A stretch of DNA of 64,000 nt from a virus (lineage: Duplodnaviria > Caudoviricetes): IMG/VR virus record IMGVR_UViG_3300024346_000006; one strand, given 5' to 3'. Positions 27,362-36,816 of the stretch are shown one piece after another. A program made the position numbers and the translations under genes. Every line of letters begins with the position of its first letter. Positions within the stretch are counted from its first letter, which is position 1. The notes under the pieces are model-generated. The model ran no database searches, had not been told where the DNA came from, and worked only from the letters and a program-made list of their open reading frames with translations.

Positions 27362-27709
27362 TCAAGCCCTAAAGAAGAATTTTTTACATATTTCATCAAT
27401 TTTTTTACTTTCCAAGTTCCATTCGCAGAGATAATGCTCTAGTTTTCTATAACAATACGCATCCGATTGAAGATCAAACGGTTCTGCATCGTTTTTTCCG
27501 ACTTGATACATGGTTTTGAGGGCGGGAATCCAACTACAATCGTAAATCATCATAGCTTGTCTTAGGGCAGACTTGAAAGCACTAAGTCTTTCTTTATAAT
27601 ATTCTTCGTGATATGCTTCGAAGTCGGGTTCTGGATAATCTGGCTCATCCCAAAGTCCATCTTCCATCAAACCAACAACATAATTACCCATCTTCGACAT
27701 TTCTTTCAC
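27362..27709 (-). CDS. hypothetical protein
   Basis: Codirectional ORF behind a promoter. Confidence 0.55.
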   Translation of the reverse strand: MKEMSKMGNYVVGLMEDGLWDEPDYPEPDFEAYHEEYYKERLSAFKSALRQAMMIYDCSWIPALKTMYQVGKNDAEPFDLQSDAYCYRKLEHYLCEWNLESKKIDEICKKFFFRA

Positions 27710-27818
27710 CTCTTTTGTTCACTATATTTACATAATACAGTAAAATTACGATAAAGTCAAGGAATATTTTACACTTTCTTGCACATAATTCAAGGAATAT
27801 TTTACACTTTCTTGCACA

Positions 27819-28028
27819 TTAGTAGTCTGTCAGGTATTTTGACCAGTATTCGCTCCAAAGGTCTGCGATAAATTCATCAATTTCTTCTTGACTCCAGTGC
27901 TCAACGAGTTCTTTTGATTTCATACACTCGTTTTTGGACTGTTCTAAACTTTCAGACTCCTGTACGGCCTGAATTACTATCTCTTCAAATGCTTCTTCTT
28001 GTTGGCACTGACGTTCAGCCAAATTCAT
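27819..28028 (-). CDS. hypothetical protein
   Basis: Codirectional acidic ORF. Confidence 0.5.
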   Translation of the reverse strand: MNLAERQCQQEEAFEEIVIQAVQESESLEQSKNECMKSKELVEHWSQEEIDEFIADLWSEYWSKYLTDY

Positions 28029-28032
28029 TCAG

Positions 28033-28485
28033 TTAAACTCCTATGAATTTCCATCCATGAGTGGTAATAAATAATTCAGATAAGTCTTTTTCTAACGAAA
28101 ACGCTTCGATTTCCCATGGACGTTCTTCATATTTAGTTTCTGAGGGTATTTGGCCACCCTTCCACAACTGATGTTTGACTGAGTGTTGTACCAATTCTTT
28201 ACGAACATACTGTTTTACATGAACCATCTCATGCAAAATTGTCTCAACAAAGTCTTTTGCTGATAATTTGGAATCAACACGGACATTGTACCAACGATCA
28301 TCATCGTCAATACAATCGCCCCAGATGCCTTCTTTACCATTTAAGTCTGGAATGAGTTCAACTTCGACAACAACATTTCTGTGTCGAGGAAATAAAATAC
28401 TTTTAGCAAAAGTTACCGCTAACTCTGCCAGTTTTCTTTTATTTTTAGTGGAACCTTTTACATAGAGTTCTTCAAAATCTACCAT
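28033..28485 (-). CDS. putative zinc metallopeptidase (HExxH)
   Basis: TILHEMVHVKQY...YEERPWEIEA. Confidence 0.75.
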   Translation of the reverse strand: MVDFEELYVKGSTKNKRKLAELAVTFAKSILFPRHRNVVVEVELIPDLNGKEGIWGDCIDDDDRWYNVRVDSKLSAKDFVETILHEMVHVKQYVRKELVQHSVKHQLWKGGQIPSETKYEERPWEIEAFSLEKDLSELFITTHGWKFIGV

Positions 28486-28551
28486 AACAACCTCTATCTG
28501 TTCCCTATACTATTAATATAAGTACTCCACACACAAATGTCAAGCTATAAT

Positions 28552-28767
28552 TTAAAGATTTTTTATTTTTTTATCAGGTTTTTTTGTTAATTCTTTAACT
28601 ATTTTATGAAACTCTACTGAATCTTCTGGAATTACTTTTTCCATTGTGTTTAATAAAACAGACGCACCCATACAGAAACCTTCGAAGTGTGCTTTTTTCC
28701 AAGTTCTGGTAAGTGCGATTATAAAGAATAACCCGATGGTGATTATCATCCACCATTCTAGGTACAT
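28552..28767 (-). CDS. hypothetical membrane-anchored protein
   Basis: N-terminal hydrophobic helix. Confidence 0.5.
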   Translation of the reverse strand: MYLEWWMIITIGLFFIIALTRTWKKAHFEGFCMGASVLLNTMEKVIPEDSVEFHKIVKELTKKPDKKIKNL

Positions 28768-28781
28768 GTGTTATCCTTTTT

Positions 28782-29012
28782 TTAATTATATTTACTAAAG
28801 TAAATGTCTATGAGAGAAGGAATTTCTTCTAAAACAAGCATAGCTATGTCAGCCGAATCTTCTTTAGTTTCTTGATATGATCTTACCTTTAAACCAATCT
28901 GTGTTAGTATCCACTCAAGATACTCTACACGTTCTTTATTTTCATTCTGTATATAAGGTAGGGGCGGGGTACTAAACAATTCTAGTTGTGTTTGGTGCAT
29001 AATATTCTCCAT
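28782..29012 (-). CDS. hypothetical protein
   Basis: Codirectional ORF. Confidence 0.5.
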   Translation of the reverse strand: MENIMHQTQLELFSTPPLPYIQNENKERVEYLEWILTQIGLKVRSYQETKEDSADIAMLVLEEIPSLIDIYFSKYN

Positions 29013-29029
29013 TTTTTATTTTTTATTAT

Positions 29030-29239
29030 TTAAGAATATGCCGTTTCTAGAACCCAAGCCATTGAAGCTTCCCAACCATCTCTCCACGCCTGTTTCAGAA
29101 AATCATCATCCGTCCATGGACAATGATCGAAACTAAGACCTTCACGGCACGCCAATGCGCCTTGTTGGAATGCTTCTCTGTATTTCACAATAGTTCTTTT
29201 ATTATGAAATAAACTTTTTTCTAACTCATCATTGTGCAT
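29030..29239 (-). CDS. Rmf/CrpP-fold protein (ribosome modulation factor-like)
   Basis: AFQQGALACREGLSFDHCPW...AWRDGWEAS follows the Rmf pattern G..A...G.....CP[YW]......W..GW. Confidence 0.65.
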   Translation of the reverse strand: MHNDELEKSLFHNKRTIVKYREAFQQGALACREGLSFDHCPWTDDDFLKQAWRDGWEASMAWVLETAYS

Positions 29240-29459
29240 TTTTTGATAAATTTACAACGACTCCAGTGTTCCACTTTTTAGCTTCAATAAGAGCATCTTC
29301 TTTATTGTCAAATGTTAGGACAGAATCGGTAGTTGCCCAACTATTTCCGGTTTTTTCTCTAACATATTCATATTCGCCCTCATCGATTTCGATTTGGACT
29401 CCATATACTATATTCATATTTAGTTCCTTTCGAAAAACTAATCTCCGATATGATTCCAC
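29229..29459 (-). CDS. hypothetical protein
   Basis: Codirectional ORF; start uncertain. Confidence 0.5.
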   Translation of the reverse strand: MESYRRLVFRKELNMNIVYGVQIEIDEGEYEYVREKTGNSWATTDSVLTFDNKEDALIEAKKWNTGVVVNLSKNAQ

Positions 29460-29641
29460 TTTAAGAGTTCAACATCACCTTCAGTGTCCCTACGAAAACG
29501 TAAGTATCCGTTTTCAATAAGTTGATCTACAGTCGCTTCGATTGCTGCATAATTATTTTCTTCTTTGTCTCCACGACCCCATATAAAACCAAACACAGTG
29601 AAAACGACTGCAGTAATTAACATCCAGATTTCTATTTCCAT
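29438..29641 (-). CDS. hypothetical membrane-anchored protein
   Basis: N-terminal transmembrane helix; LIENGYLR. Confidence 0.55.
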   Translation of the reverse strand: MEIEIWMLITAVVFTVFGFIWGRGDKEENNYAAIEATVDQLIENGYLRFRRDTEGDVELLKWNHIGD

Positions 29642-29859
29642 TTTTTGTCTCCTTTAAGATTTTGATATAATCTAGTATTCTTCATCCGCAAGAGCGTTAA
29701 GAGCAGGAATTGCCCAAAACATTAAAGTTAATCCAAGAAGTGAACCAAGGATTGCTTCCGTAAAGGTAGCAGTATCCTGTTCAAGTCCACCAACAGAACC
29801 CATCACTAACAACATTCCAATCATAAAACGAATCATAATATAATCCTTTCGTTATTTCA

Positions 29860-30138
29860 CTATATTGCATACTCTGTATTCTTTTTGAGTTGCCATTTCT
29901 CCAGTACAGGAAGTCCAAACTCGTCTTCGTCTACCGCAATGTAGGCCACAGTCTTCTTGACTATAGCATAACGATATCCAGTCATACCAGCAACACCTTG
30001 TCCACCTACCCAAACCTTGTGCGGAAAGTCTTCGCAGAAGTTGAACGGATCATCGTTGAGTGAATATTCAAAGTAATTACCCACTTCCTTCTCTACGAAA
30101 CAACCTATTGGGTCTTTGGTGTAGGTGTAATATGCCAT
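29860..30138 (-). CDS. hypothetical phage protein
   Basis: Behind a sigma70-like promoter with AGGA RBS. Confidence 0.6.
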   Translation of the reverse strand: MAYYTYTKDPIGCFVEKEVGNYFEYSLNDDPFNFCEDFPHKVWVGGQGVAGMTGYRYAIVKKTVAYIAVDEDEFGLPVLEKWQLKKNTEYAI

Positions 30139-30196
30139 GTACTGTGTCCTTTGCCCCTAACTGTTACATACATTATACGATCTAATTAGAAGTTTG

Positions 30197-30592
30197 TCAA
30201 GCACTTTTTTCGAATATCCAATCCACACTTAACCAATCAGTATCTTCTGGCATCAATTGTACTTGTCCATCAAACTGTTCTTTTTCTTTGAGAGCATTAT
30301 AAACACCCGCATTGTTCATGCGTAGTCCATAACTGTCTTTGTGACATACATAACAACTACCACTTTCTCCCCAAAACTCAAAGTATTCATCTTCTTTGGT
30401 TAGTTTGGAAATACCTGAGTTCATACGCCAACTATCACCATCGAGATAACCACCAGACCATCCTGCTAACACTTTGTAGAAAGGAAATGCGCCTTTACCT
30501 GGCTTGATCTTTAACACTACCCAATTGTCTGGAAAATAATTATTCACATTAACCCCAATCTTTAAAGTTTCCACTCTCTTCGTTATCCTCAT
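30197..30592 (-). CDS. hypothetical phage protein
   Basis: PDNWVVLKI...YKVLAGWSGGYLDGDSWRMNSGI. Confidence 0.7.
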   Translation of the reverse strand: MRITKRVETLKIGVNVNNYFPDNWVVLKIKPGKGAFPFYKVLAGWSGGYLDGDSWRMNSGISKLTKEDEYFEFWGESGSCYVCHKDSYGLRMNNAGVYNALKEKEQFDGQVQLMPEDTDWLSVDWIFEKSA

Positions 30593-30791
30593 AACCAGCT
30601 TTATATGCCATGATTTCGTCGGGGGTCATACCATCTATCATTATCGCTTCGGATTGATAGGTAGCTCCTACAAAATAGTGAGGACAAAACCCTCTTCGAT
30701 AGTAACTATCAGCACCCCCTCTATCGTAAGGGCCTCCATGGCGTTCATCATATTCAATTTTCGTTTTCAATTTTTCTTCGATTCTTTTCAT
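30549..30791 (-). CDS. hypothetical phage protein
   Basis: HGGPYDRGGADSYYRRGF.PHY...Y.AGY..NE. Confidence 0.65.
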   Translation of the reverse strand: MKRIEEKLKTKIEYDERHGGPYDRGGADSYYRRGFCPHYFVGATYQSEAIMIDGMTPDEIMAYKAGYEDNEESGNFKDWG

Positions 30792-30906
30792 AATATATTA
30801 AAGACTTTGACCAGACCGATTTGACCGATTGACCGAAGTTTTGTTTCTATTCTATTTATAAGTACTCTAATAATATATCATAAATATAGAGAGGAGTCAA
30901 GAGAAA

Positions 30907-31095
30907 ATGTCTGAAGGAATGTCAAATAGAACCATGGAAAGAATGCGTGTCTTAGAAGAGTCTCTCAACACTGCACACGATAAAATCAACTCACTGGAGA
31001 TGGCACTCTATTTCGCAAAGAAACAAGAGAAAGAACTTCAAGAAAAGATTTCGAAATACGAGAGTCTTCTTTCCTCACCTTTGAATTCCCTTTAA
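30907..31095 (+). CDS. hypothetical coiled-coil protein, opposite strand to neighbours
   Basis: Heptad-like E/K/L pattern; occupies an otherwise empty gap. Confidence 0.45.
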   Translation: MSEGMSNRTMERMRVLEESLNTAHDKINSLEMALYFAKKQEKELQEKISKYESLLSSPLNSL

Positions 31096-31674
31096 GCAGT
31101 CCGAAATCAAACTGACAGTTCTTTTAGATTGAACAATCTCATAGTGATTACGGTCAATTGCATAGTAGTCAACATCATCTCGACACATCATTGATTCCAT
31201 TGTGACGATGCCATCATTCTTTCCTGCTATTAAAGGAACATCTCCAGTCGTTGTAATCACCTGTTTCCAAGGAATAGAGATTTTAATCTTTCGAGAATTT
31301 GAAATAAAACGACTTGTGGGAACAATATCTGCGAACAATTGATATTGAGGTGCAAACCATCTTCCCCATTGTGCTACTTCAGAACCACCAAAAGGAGTTG
31401 CAAGTGAAACTGCCTGGGAAGAGTTATATGGAAATTCTTCCTGTAAATAGATTCCGTAGATGCCTCCCAGAGAATGCATGATATAAAACAACTTATCATT
31501 CGGACGCATTTGTTCTCTCAAAGTTTCCTTTAGAAATTCTAAATTCTCTTGTGCAGTTGCATCTTTGGAACTGTAGTTAAGATATATTGGATTTTTTACA
31601 TTGATGTTCTTTTGAATATACGCAAACGTTCTCTCAGTTGCAGTCGCACCATGTATGTAGACAACTCTCATCAT
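31075..31674 (-). CDS. alpha/beta hydrolase
   Basis: YIHGA, MHSLGG nucleophile elbow, LATPFGGS, NDGIV, terminal NH. Confidence 0.85.
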   Translation of the reverse strand: MMRVVYIHGATATERTFAYIQKNINVKNPIYLNYSSKDATAQENLEFLKETLREQMRPNDKLFYIMHSLGGIYGIYLQEEFPYNSSQAVSLATPFGGSEVAQWGRWFAPQYQLFADIVPTSRFISNSRKIKISIPWKQVITTTGDVPLIAGKNDGIVTMESMMCRDDVDYYAIDRNHYEIVQSKRTVSLISDCLKGIQR

Positions 31675-31973
31675 TTCTTAAACGCCTCCCAGAACATACC
31701 CATACATACCAGTATGCCACCAAACAGTAACCATACAACTGCTGAACCAAAACCCTCCGAATACCAAACAAATGGAATTGCGCCTAACCATACAGTTTTT
31801 GCAAGATAACTTTTCCAATTCCAGAGTATGTAAAAGGCTCCATCCCAACTAATCATTTTATCAGGTTTTTCTGGGCCAAAATCCAGTTTAACTTTGGGTT
31901 TATCTTTATTCATCCACCAAACCCACCAAACTATGGGAACAAAAAGTATTAGGAATGCTGTGAGATCAGACAT
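31671..31973 (-). CDS. hypothetical membrane protein
   Basis: Trp-rich with multiple transmembrane segments. Confidence 0.55.
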   Translation of the reverse strand: MSDLTAFLILFVPIVWWVWWMNKDKPKVKLDFGPEKPDKMISWDGAFYILWNWKSYLAKTVWLGAIPFVWYSEGFGSAVVWLLFGGILVCMGMFWEAFKK

Positions 31974-31977
31974 CGAA

Positions 31978-32220
31978 TTATTCTTTTCCTTCTCTTTGAA
32001 TACAGATACCCTGCATATCTAGAGGAAAGTATCCATACCCTTCTCCACCAGCAGTCACTGCAAGTTGTTCTCGTTCTGCAAAACATTCATACATTGTATT
32101 GTATGTACCTACGTTTGTTGCGACTACTTCGGTTTCCATTAAGACTATAAAAATTAATGTCCACATTGCTCTTCTACCTTTCTCCATTTCAACATTCCAT
32201 GATAGTTGAATGAGGGGCAC
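31978..32220 (-). CDS. hypothetical protein (start probably MWTLIF)
   Basis: Hydrophobic N-terminus, two Cys. Confidence 0.5.
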   Translation of the reverse strand: MPLIQLSWNVEMEKGRRAMWTLIFIVLMETEVVATNVGTYNTMYECFAEREQLAVTAGGEGYGYFPLDMQGICIQREGKE

Positions 32221-32442
32221 TAAGATGCCCTTTGACTAACTCAGAAAAAGACGATATGCTTCCCTTTTTCTCCATAAAGGTATTTAGAGATTTTACTCCC
32301 CAAAAAAAAATTTTAAAAAACACCTTTTGCAAAACTTGAAGACTTTTTAGAGGCATGTCGGGTGACTATATCATCTCCGCAATATTTTGTAGGAGTCCCA
32401 TAAATTTAAACTTACACTCTAAGTATTTTCCGAAGTGACAAA

Positions 32443-32489
32443 TAAAAAAACCCTTAGAGACTTCCAGAGTTTCCAGAGTCTCTAAGGGT
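32443..32489 (-). terminator. intrinsic terminator
   Basis: ACCCTTAGAGAC...GTCTCTAAGGGT stem next to an A-run (U-run on minus strand). Confidence 0.7.
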
Positions 32490-32548
32490 CAGGCACCATC
32501 ATCTAAGGAGATATTTCAGTCAGTTCATACTACTACTTAGGTAAAATA

Positions 32549-32788
32549 TCATGCACCGATGGTCATATAATAGCCATCAGCACTCACAGTCACACACTCA
32601 TCTTCACTACTCATAATTCTCAATTCACTACCTGTAAAATGAATACAGGCTTCATTCATGATGTCGAAATCCTTTGAGAATATTCTAACATTCTCTATAG
32701 GATCTTTCCAATTCTCCATACCATTTGTCAATTCATCAAAGGCTTCTGACAGAATGGCTTGTCTTTGCATATCATATGCTCTATTCAT
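32549..32788 (-). CDS. hypothetical phage protein
   Basis: NWKDPI...EACIHFTGS...VSADGYY..IGA. Confidence 0.65.
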   Translation of the reverse strand: MNRAYDMQRQAILSEAFDELTNGMENWKDPIENVRIFSKDFDIMNEACIHFTGSELRIMSSEDECVTVSADGYYMTIGA

Positions 32789-32800
32789 ATCTCTCTCCTA

Positions 32801-33049
32801 TTAACTCATAGCACGAACATGTTTTCCTACTTGTCCGTCTAAGAAGTCTCCCTTACTAGTCCAGTTACGAAAGGCTGAACATTCAGTTGCTAAACTTGCA
32901 CATGAAGCATTCAAAGGACATGTATCACAAGGACATGGTCTCTTATTGAGGGGTCCTAAGATTTCTTCAATCTTCTCTGAGAAAAGATCAATTACAGTAT
33001 CAGGAATACCATGCATAGCTTCAGTATCAATCCAAATTTCATGAGTCAT
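32801..33049 (-). CDS. hypothetical Cys-rich protein
   Basis: CPCDTCPLNASCASLATECSAF. Confidence 0.55.
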   Translation of the reverse strand: MTHEIWIDTEAMHGIPDTVIDLFSEKIEEILGPLNKRPCPCDTCPLNASCASLATECSAFRNWTSKGDFLDGQVGKHVRAMS

Positions 33050-33326
33050 TTCGTATCTCCATAGTGTATTTAATATTAGTCTTAATCATCATCAGCATAG
33101 TTATATTAACAGCTTGTCAAGAGGAAGTCAAGCACTTTTTTAAGTTTTTTTTAATTATTTTCAGTTTTTTTTGAAACGTTCTGGGGAGCGTACAGACCTT
33201 CCAACCCACGAACCTCATTGAAGACACGGATTCGTTTGGGAGTCATTCCAGTAACAACACCAGAAACCCAACAGTCAGTACCGACACACTTAACCAAAAC
33301 TTTCTCACCTTCTTTATACTTACTCA

Positions 33327-33536
33327 TTATACAACCCTCACAATGTAAGCGGGTTTACTAGGGTCAAGTTTAATCTCAGGATTAGTCACTTCTGTCACTA
33401 CATCCCATATTTCTGCATTCTTCAGTGCGTCAAACAAAAACTCAGAAACAACTCCCTCTCTTTTGGCCGCACGATCAGCAACATACTCAGAGTAGGTTTC
33501 AAAGTCAGTAATATGGTCAGTCATTTTTTCTCTCAT
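33327..33536 (-). CDS. hypothetical protein
   Basis: Directly behind a promoter repeat. Confidence 0.5.
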   Translation of the reverse strand: MREKMTDHITDFETYSEYVADRAAKREGVVSEFLFDALKNAEIWDVVTEVTNPEIKLDPSKPAYIVRVV

Positions 33537-33626
33537 TTCTCATTGAATACAGGTGTATTATGACAGGTTTCCAAGGATAAGTCAAAGATTATTTTGGAAC
33601 AAGAAAGGGTTTTTTAAGAACTTTTT
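33537..33626 (-). repeat. promoter-containing direct repeat, copy 1 (copy 2 about 34194-34283)
   Basis: Shared TTCTCATTGAATACA.GTGTATTATG...ATAAGTCAAAGATTATTTTGGAA.AAGAAAGGG; minus strand reads TTGACT-N17-CATAAT. Confidence 0.8.
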
Positions 33627-33632
33627 GATATA

Positions 33633-34181
33633 TCAGGCAGCACGAGCGAAGACAAACATCTCCTTCATTCCATCGTATATTTCTTTAGTAGGATGCCATA
33701 TTTCACGTTCCTCTTCGTCAATACCAACGACAAAAGGCATACCACGTTTTGACTTAGTATATACTTCAAGGTCATTAGATTGAGCAAGATCAAACCAAAT
33801 CTTTCGGCCACCTTTCGACTGAGCCGTGCCAGCTTGTAAAGTAATTCCCAGTTTCTTAATGATATAACGGTAAGCTTTAGCAGCAATACCACGACCACCA
33901 TAACGATGATCCAGTCGAGCCATGTTGATATGGAAAGCATCTTTGAAGTATTCTGTTGATAGGTTGATCTCAAGGACGATTTTAACTCGCTGAGGACTTC
34001 TTCCATGAACCACACTGGTATCTACTACCATTACCTCAAGGTAACCTTCAGGCGATTGCATCGAGTTATCAACCCAAACTTGTAGCTTGGAGAAAGAACC
34101 TAAACGAACCCAAGTATCATCATTTGCTTTAGTATCAAAGTATCCTAATGCAAATTTCTTCTTCATCTCAATACGATCCAT
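33633..34181 (-). CDS. hypothetical protein, possible GNAT acetyltransferase
   Basis: ARLDHRYGGRGIAAKAY resembles the acetyl-CoA-binding R..G.A motif. Confidence 0.5.
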   Translation of the reverse strand: MDRIEMKKKFALGYFDTKANDDTWVRLGSFSKLQVWVDNSMQSPEGYLEVMVVDTSVVHGRSPQRVKIVLEINLSTEYFKDAFHINMARLDHRYGGRGIAAKAYRYIIKKLGITLQAGTAQSKGGRKIWFDLAQSNDLEVYTKSKRGMPFVVGIDEEEREIWHPTKEIYDGMKEMFVFARAA

Positions 34182-34193
34182 TCTTGTTTCCTT

Positions 34194-34283
34194 TTCTCAT
34201 TGAATACAAGTGTATTATGTCAGATTGGCGGGAATAAGTCAAAGATTATTTTGGAATAAGAAAGGGAGTTTTAAGAACTTTTT
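34194..34283 (-). repeat. promoter-containing direct repeat, copy 2
   Basis: Near-identical to 33537-33626. Confidence 0.8.
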
Positions 34284-34666
34284 TTCCAGTTCTTTCGAAA
34301 TAACTTTTCTTCTTGAGCGTAAGCAGAGATTTCCCAAGGCTGTGTCTCGTAGTCACAGGCAGAATAATTGCGGCCTTTGTACATATATCCGTCAACTAAT
34401 TCCTTTTTGATAAATTGTTTCGCATGTACCATTTCATGGGCGAGTGTCTGCATCATCTGAGGCATATCCCCAGACTTCCAGATGTCAATATAGACGAATT
34501 TCTCAGAACCCCAACAGAGTCCAAGACAATCATCTAAATCTTTTCGAAAGCGAATTTGAATTAAACGGGAATAATATCGGGAAATACCTAGATCTTTTTC
34601 TAGATCTTTTACATATTGGTATACTTTTTCAGAGTCTTTAATACGTCCTAATGCAACAACCGCCAT
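34271..34666 (-). CDS. putative zinc metallopeptidase (paralog of 28033-28485)
   Basis: TLAHEMVHAKQF...YETQPWEISA. Confidence 0.75.
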   Translation of the reverse strand: MAVVALGRIKDSEKVYQYVKDLEKDLGISRYYSRLIQIRFRKDLDDCLGLCWGSEKFVYIDIWKSGDMPQMMQTLAHEMVHAKQFIKKELVDGYMYKGRNYSACDYETQPWEISAYAQEEKLFRKNWKKSS

Positions 34667-35220
34667 ACAGAGAATTCTCTAACCAAACAATATGCATATT
34701 TTCGCATAGCTAGAGGCCTATGTCAAGCGTATTCTGAAGTTTTTTTCATGAATTTTTTCGATGATTCTCTGAGTATTCATCGATTTTCCCTATGATTTGT
34801 TTGAAACCCCTCAGCGGCGCTCAGAAAAATGCTCTGCAGATTTAGACCAAGGGGGTAAATCTTTGTAGCCTCCATATTTCTATGGTTTCTGCAACAGATT
34901 CAATGGTTTTTTGTGGGTCTCAGTGGGAAATCGTGGGATATTTGAAAGAATTTCTAAAAACCTTCGACTATTCTTGGAAGGCAATTCAGTATTAGACAGT
35001 GCATTTCCAATCCTAATAGTACTCCAAATGCAAAGCATTCTTCTTTACTGCAATACTCTATAAATGTATAGAATTTTTCCATTGGTTTTCATCCTCTGAG
35101 GACTATTTATACTAATTCCATATATGTCCATGTAAGACTAAAAACCACTATCAGAATACTCAAGCATTCTGTCTTTGTAATAACTCTAAACATTATTGAA
35201 CTTTTCATTTACCTTTCTTA

Positions 35221-35457
35221 TTATCCTATTGTATTTACATATCCAGTGCGATTAAATAAATCTGCAGGGTTGCACTGTGGCTGACTCCTACAGTTCCTTA
35301 TATTTTGTTCCCATTGTGATGGTTCCGGCATCCAATCAAAATCAGGCCTCTCCTTGCGTTCTGTAGTCGATGAACTACACGCAAAGAGGACTAACGATAG
35401 TATTGGAATTATAAGTGTTTTTTTCATAGCATTTCTCCAGTGTGTTGAATAGAGCAT
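35221..35457 (-). CDS. putative lipoprotein (start probably MKKTLII)
   Basis: Basic-hydrophobic signal ending in the LFAC lipobox. Confidence 0.6.
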   Translation of the reverse strand: MLYSTHWRNAMKKTLIIPILSLVLFACSSSTTERKERPDFDWMPEPSQWEQNIRNCRSQPQCNPADLFNRTGYVNTIG

Positions 35458-35970
35458 ACTACGAAATTACTCTTATATAGGTTTTCTTACTTTTGTGTTA
35501 AATTGTAACTTCTACGAACTTTCTTCGTGACTTACTGAACTGCTTAGAGGGTGAAGAAAAGTACTTTAATTCCTTTGTACCTTTTTGTATGTATCCTACA
35601 CATTGTCCATTCTTAAAAGCATAGGTATGATTAGGATATTCCCACTCTGTAACTTCTTTTAGAAATTTCACTCAGTCTCTTCCTGTATGATAAAATTAAC
35701 TTTTACGATATTATCTTTTTCTTTCTTTATAAAGAATTCTAATTCATTCTCTATAAAAATCTTTCTTAATTCATTCAGCGTAACTTGTCTTAATTCCATT
35801 TTCATTCAGTCTTTTCCTTAGAATCTACTGGTTTCTCAGTCACTGTACTCAATCGGGCATTGTTAAATTCTTCCTCATGAGCTTTCTTTGCTTTTTTCTT
35901 TCCAAAGATACGATCCCAACCATCATCAAATGTTTTTTGATCTACTGTGCGTGGACGTTGTTTACTTCCT

Positions 35971-36387
35971 TTACTCATTCGATACCTCTATAAATTTACC
36001 ATCTACAATTTTAAATACACCGTCAAGTCCAGTAGAGCGAATGTATTGTCTACCACCATCAATCATTTTACCATCATTGAAAATACAATCGTGATGAGAA
36101 GACGAATAGTACCAATTGTTGTCTGAGTCTTTGATCATACCAAACTCAAAGTCTTCTACAATATCAGCATTAGTAATCATCATAGAATCTCTAATGTTGT
36201 CGTGGTACAAACCAAAGTAACGATTACCAAACTCTGGATGTGGTGTATCTCTATAGTAAACATCAACTGGCACATCACTTGCGGTTAAATCAGTAGTACA
36301 CACATACTTAACAGGAACACCGTCTTTTTCTGTGTAATGTGATTCTACTTTGTCAATGTTAAATACATTTGCATGTTTAATGTCCAT
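35971..36387 (-). CDS. hypothetical phage protein
   Basis: YRDTPHPEFGNRYFGL...MIDGGRQYIR. Confidence 0.65.
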   Translation of the reverse strand: MDIKHANVFNIDKVESHYTEKDGVPVKYVCTTDLTASDVPVDVYYRDTPHPEFGNRYFGLYHDNIRDSMMITNADIVEDFEFGMIKDSDNNWYYSSSHHDCIFNDGKMIDGGRQYIRSTGLDGVFKIVDGKFIEVSNE

Positions 36388-36809
36388 TAGAACTCCTTTA
36401 GTTCTCTCTTTGTCGAATATAATGCAGCAGCATTTCTCATGATATTAGGGTCATCTCTGAAATTACTTGCACCAGTATTGCATATATGACAAACCCAAGC
36501 AATAAACTTTCCTGTCTTATGACAATGATGCAAGACGAAATCTTGTCTCCACTTCACATAACCCTTTTCTCTCATATCGTCTACACTATCATGACAGGCA
36601 GGACAACGATATGTTCTTATATCTGGTTTTGGATGAAACTTCTTCAAGATCTTTAATTGATCTTCTGATTTCTTTCTACACTCTTTGCACTTGCTACGAA
36701 CATATGTCGTATCCATAGCAAATTCATTGAGAGGTTTACTTTCTCGACATTCACTACATTTCCTACATGCAATCTCTATCGATTCACCAAAAACATCTAC
36801 GACTTGCAT
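36387..36809 (-). CDS. endonuclease VII-like (His-Me finger) nuclease
   Basis: CxxC pairs, LHHCHKTGKFIAWVCHICN...FRDDP.IMRNA. Confidence 0.75.
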   Translation of the reverse strand: MQVVDVFGESIEIACRKCSECRESKPLNEFAMDTTYVRSKCKECRKKSEDQLKILKKFHPKPDIRTYRCPACHDSVDDMREKGYVKWRQDFVLHHCHKTGKFIAWVCHICNTGASNFRDDPNIMRNAAALYSTKRELKEF

Positions 36810-36816
36810 CTACTTC

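Noticed and set aside
34670-35220. Low-coding AT-rich gap as a replication origin
   Set aside because: No iteron array seen; it contains a promoter, a late promoter and short plausible ORFs, so an origin cannot be supported
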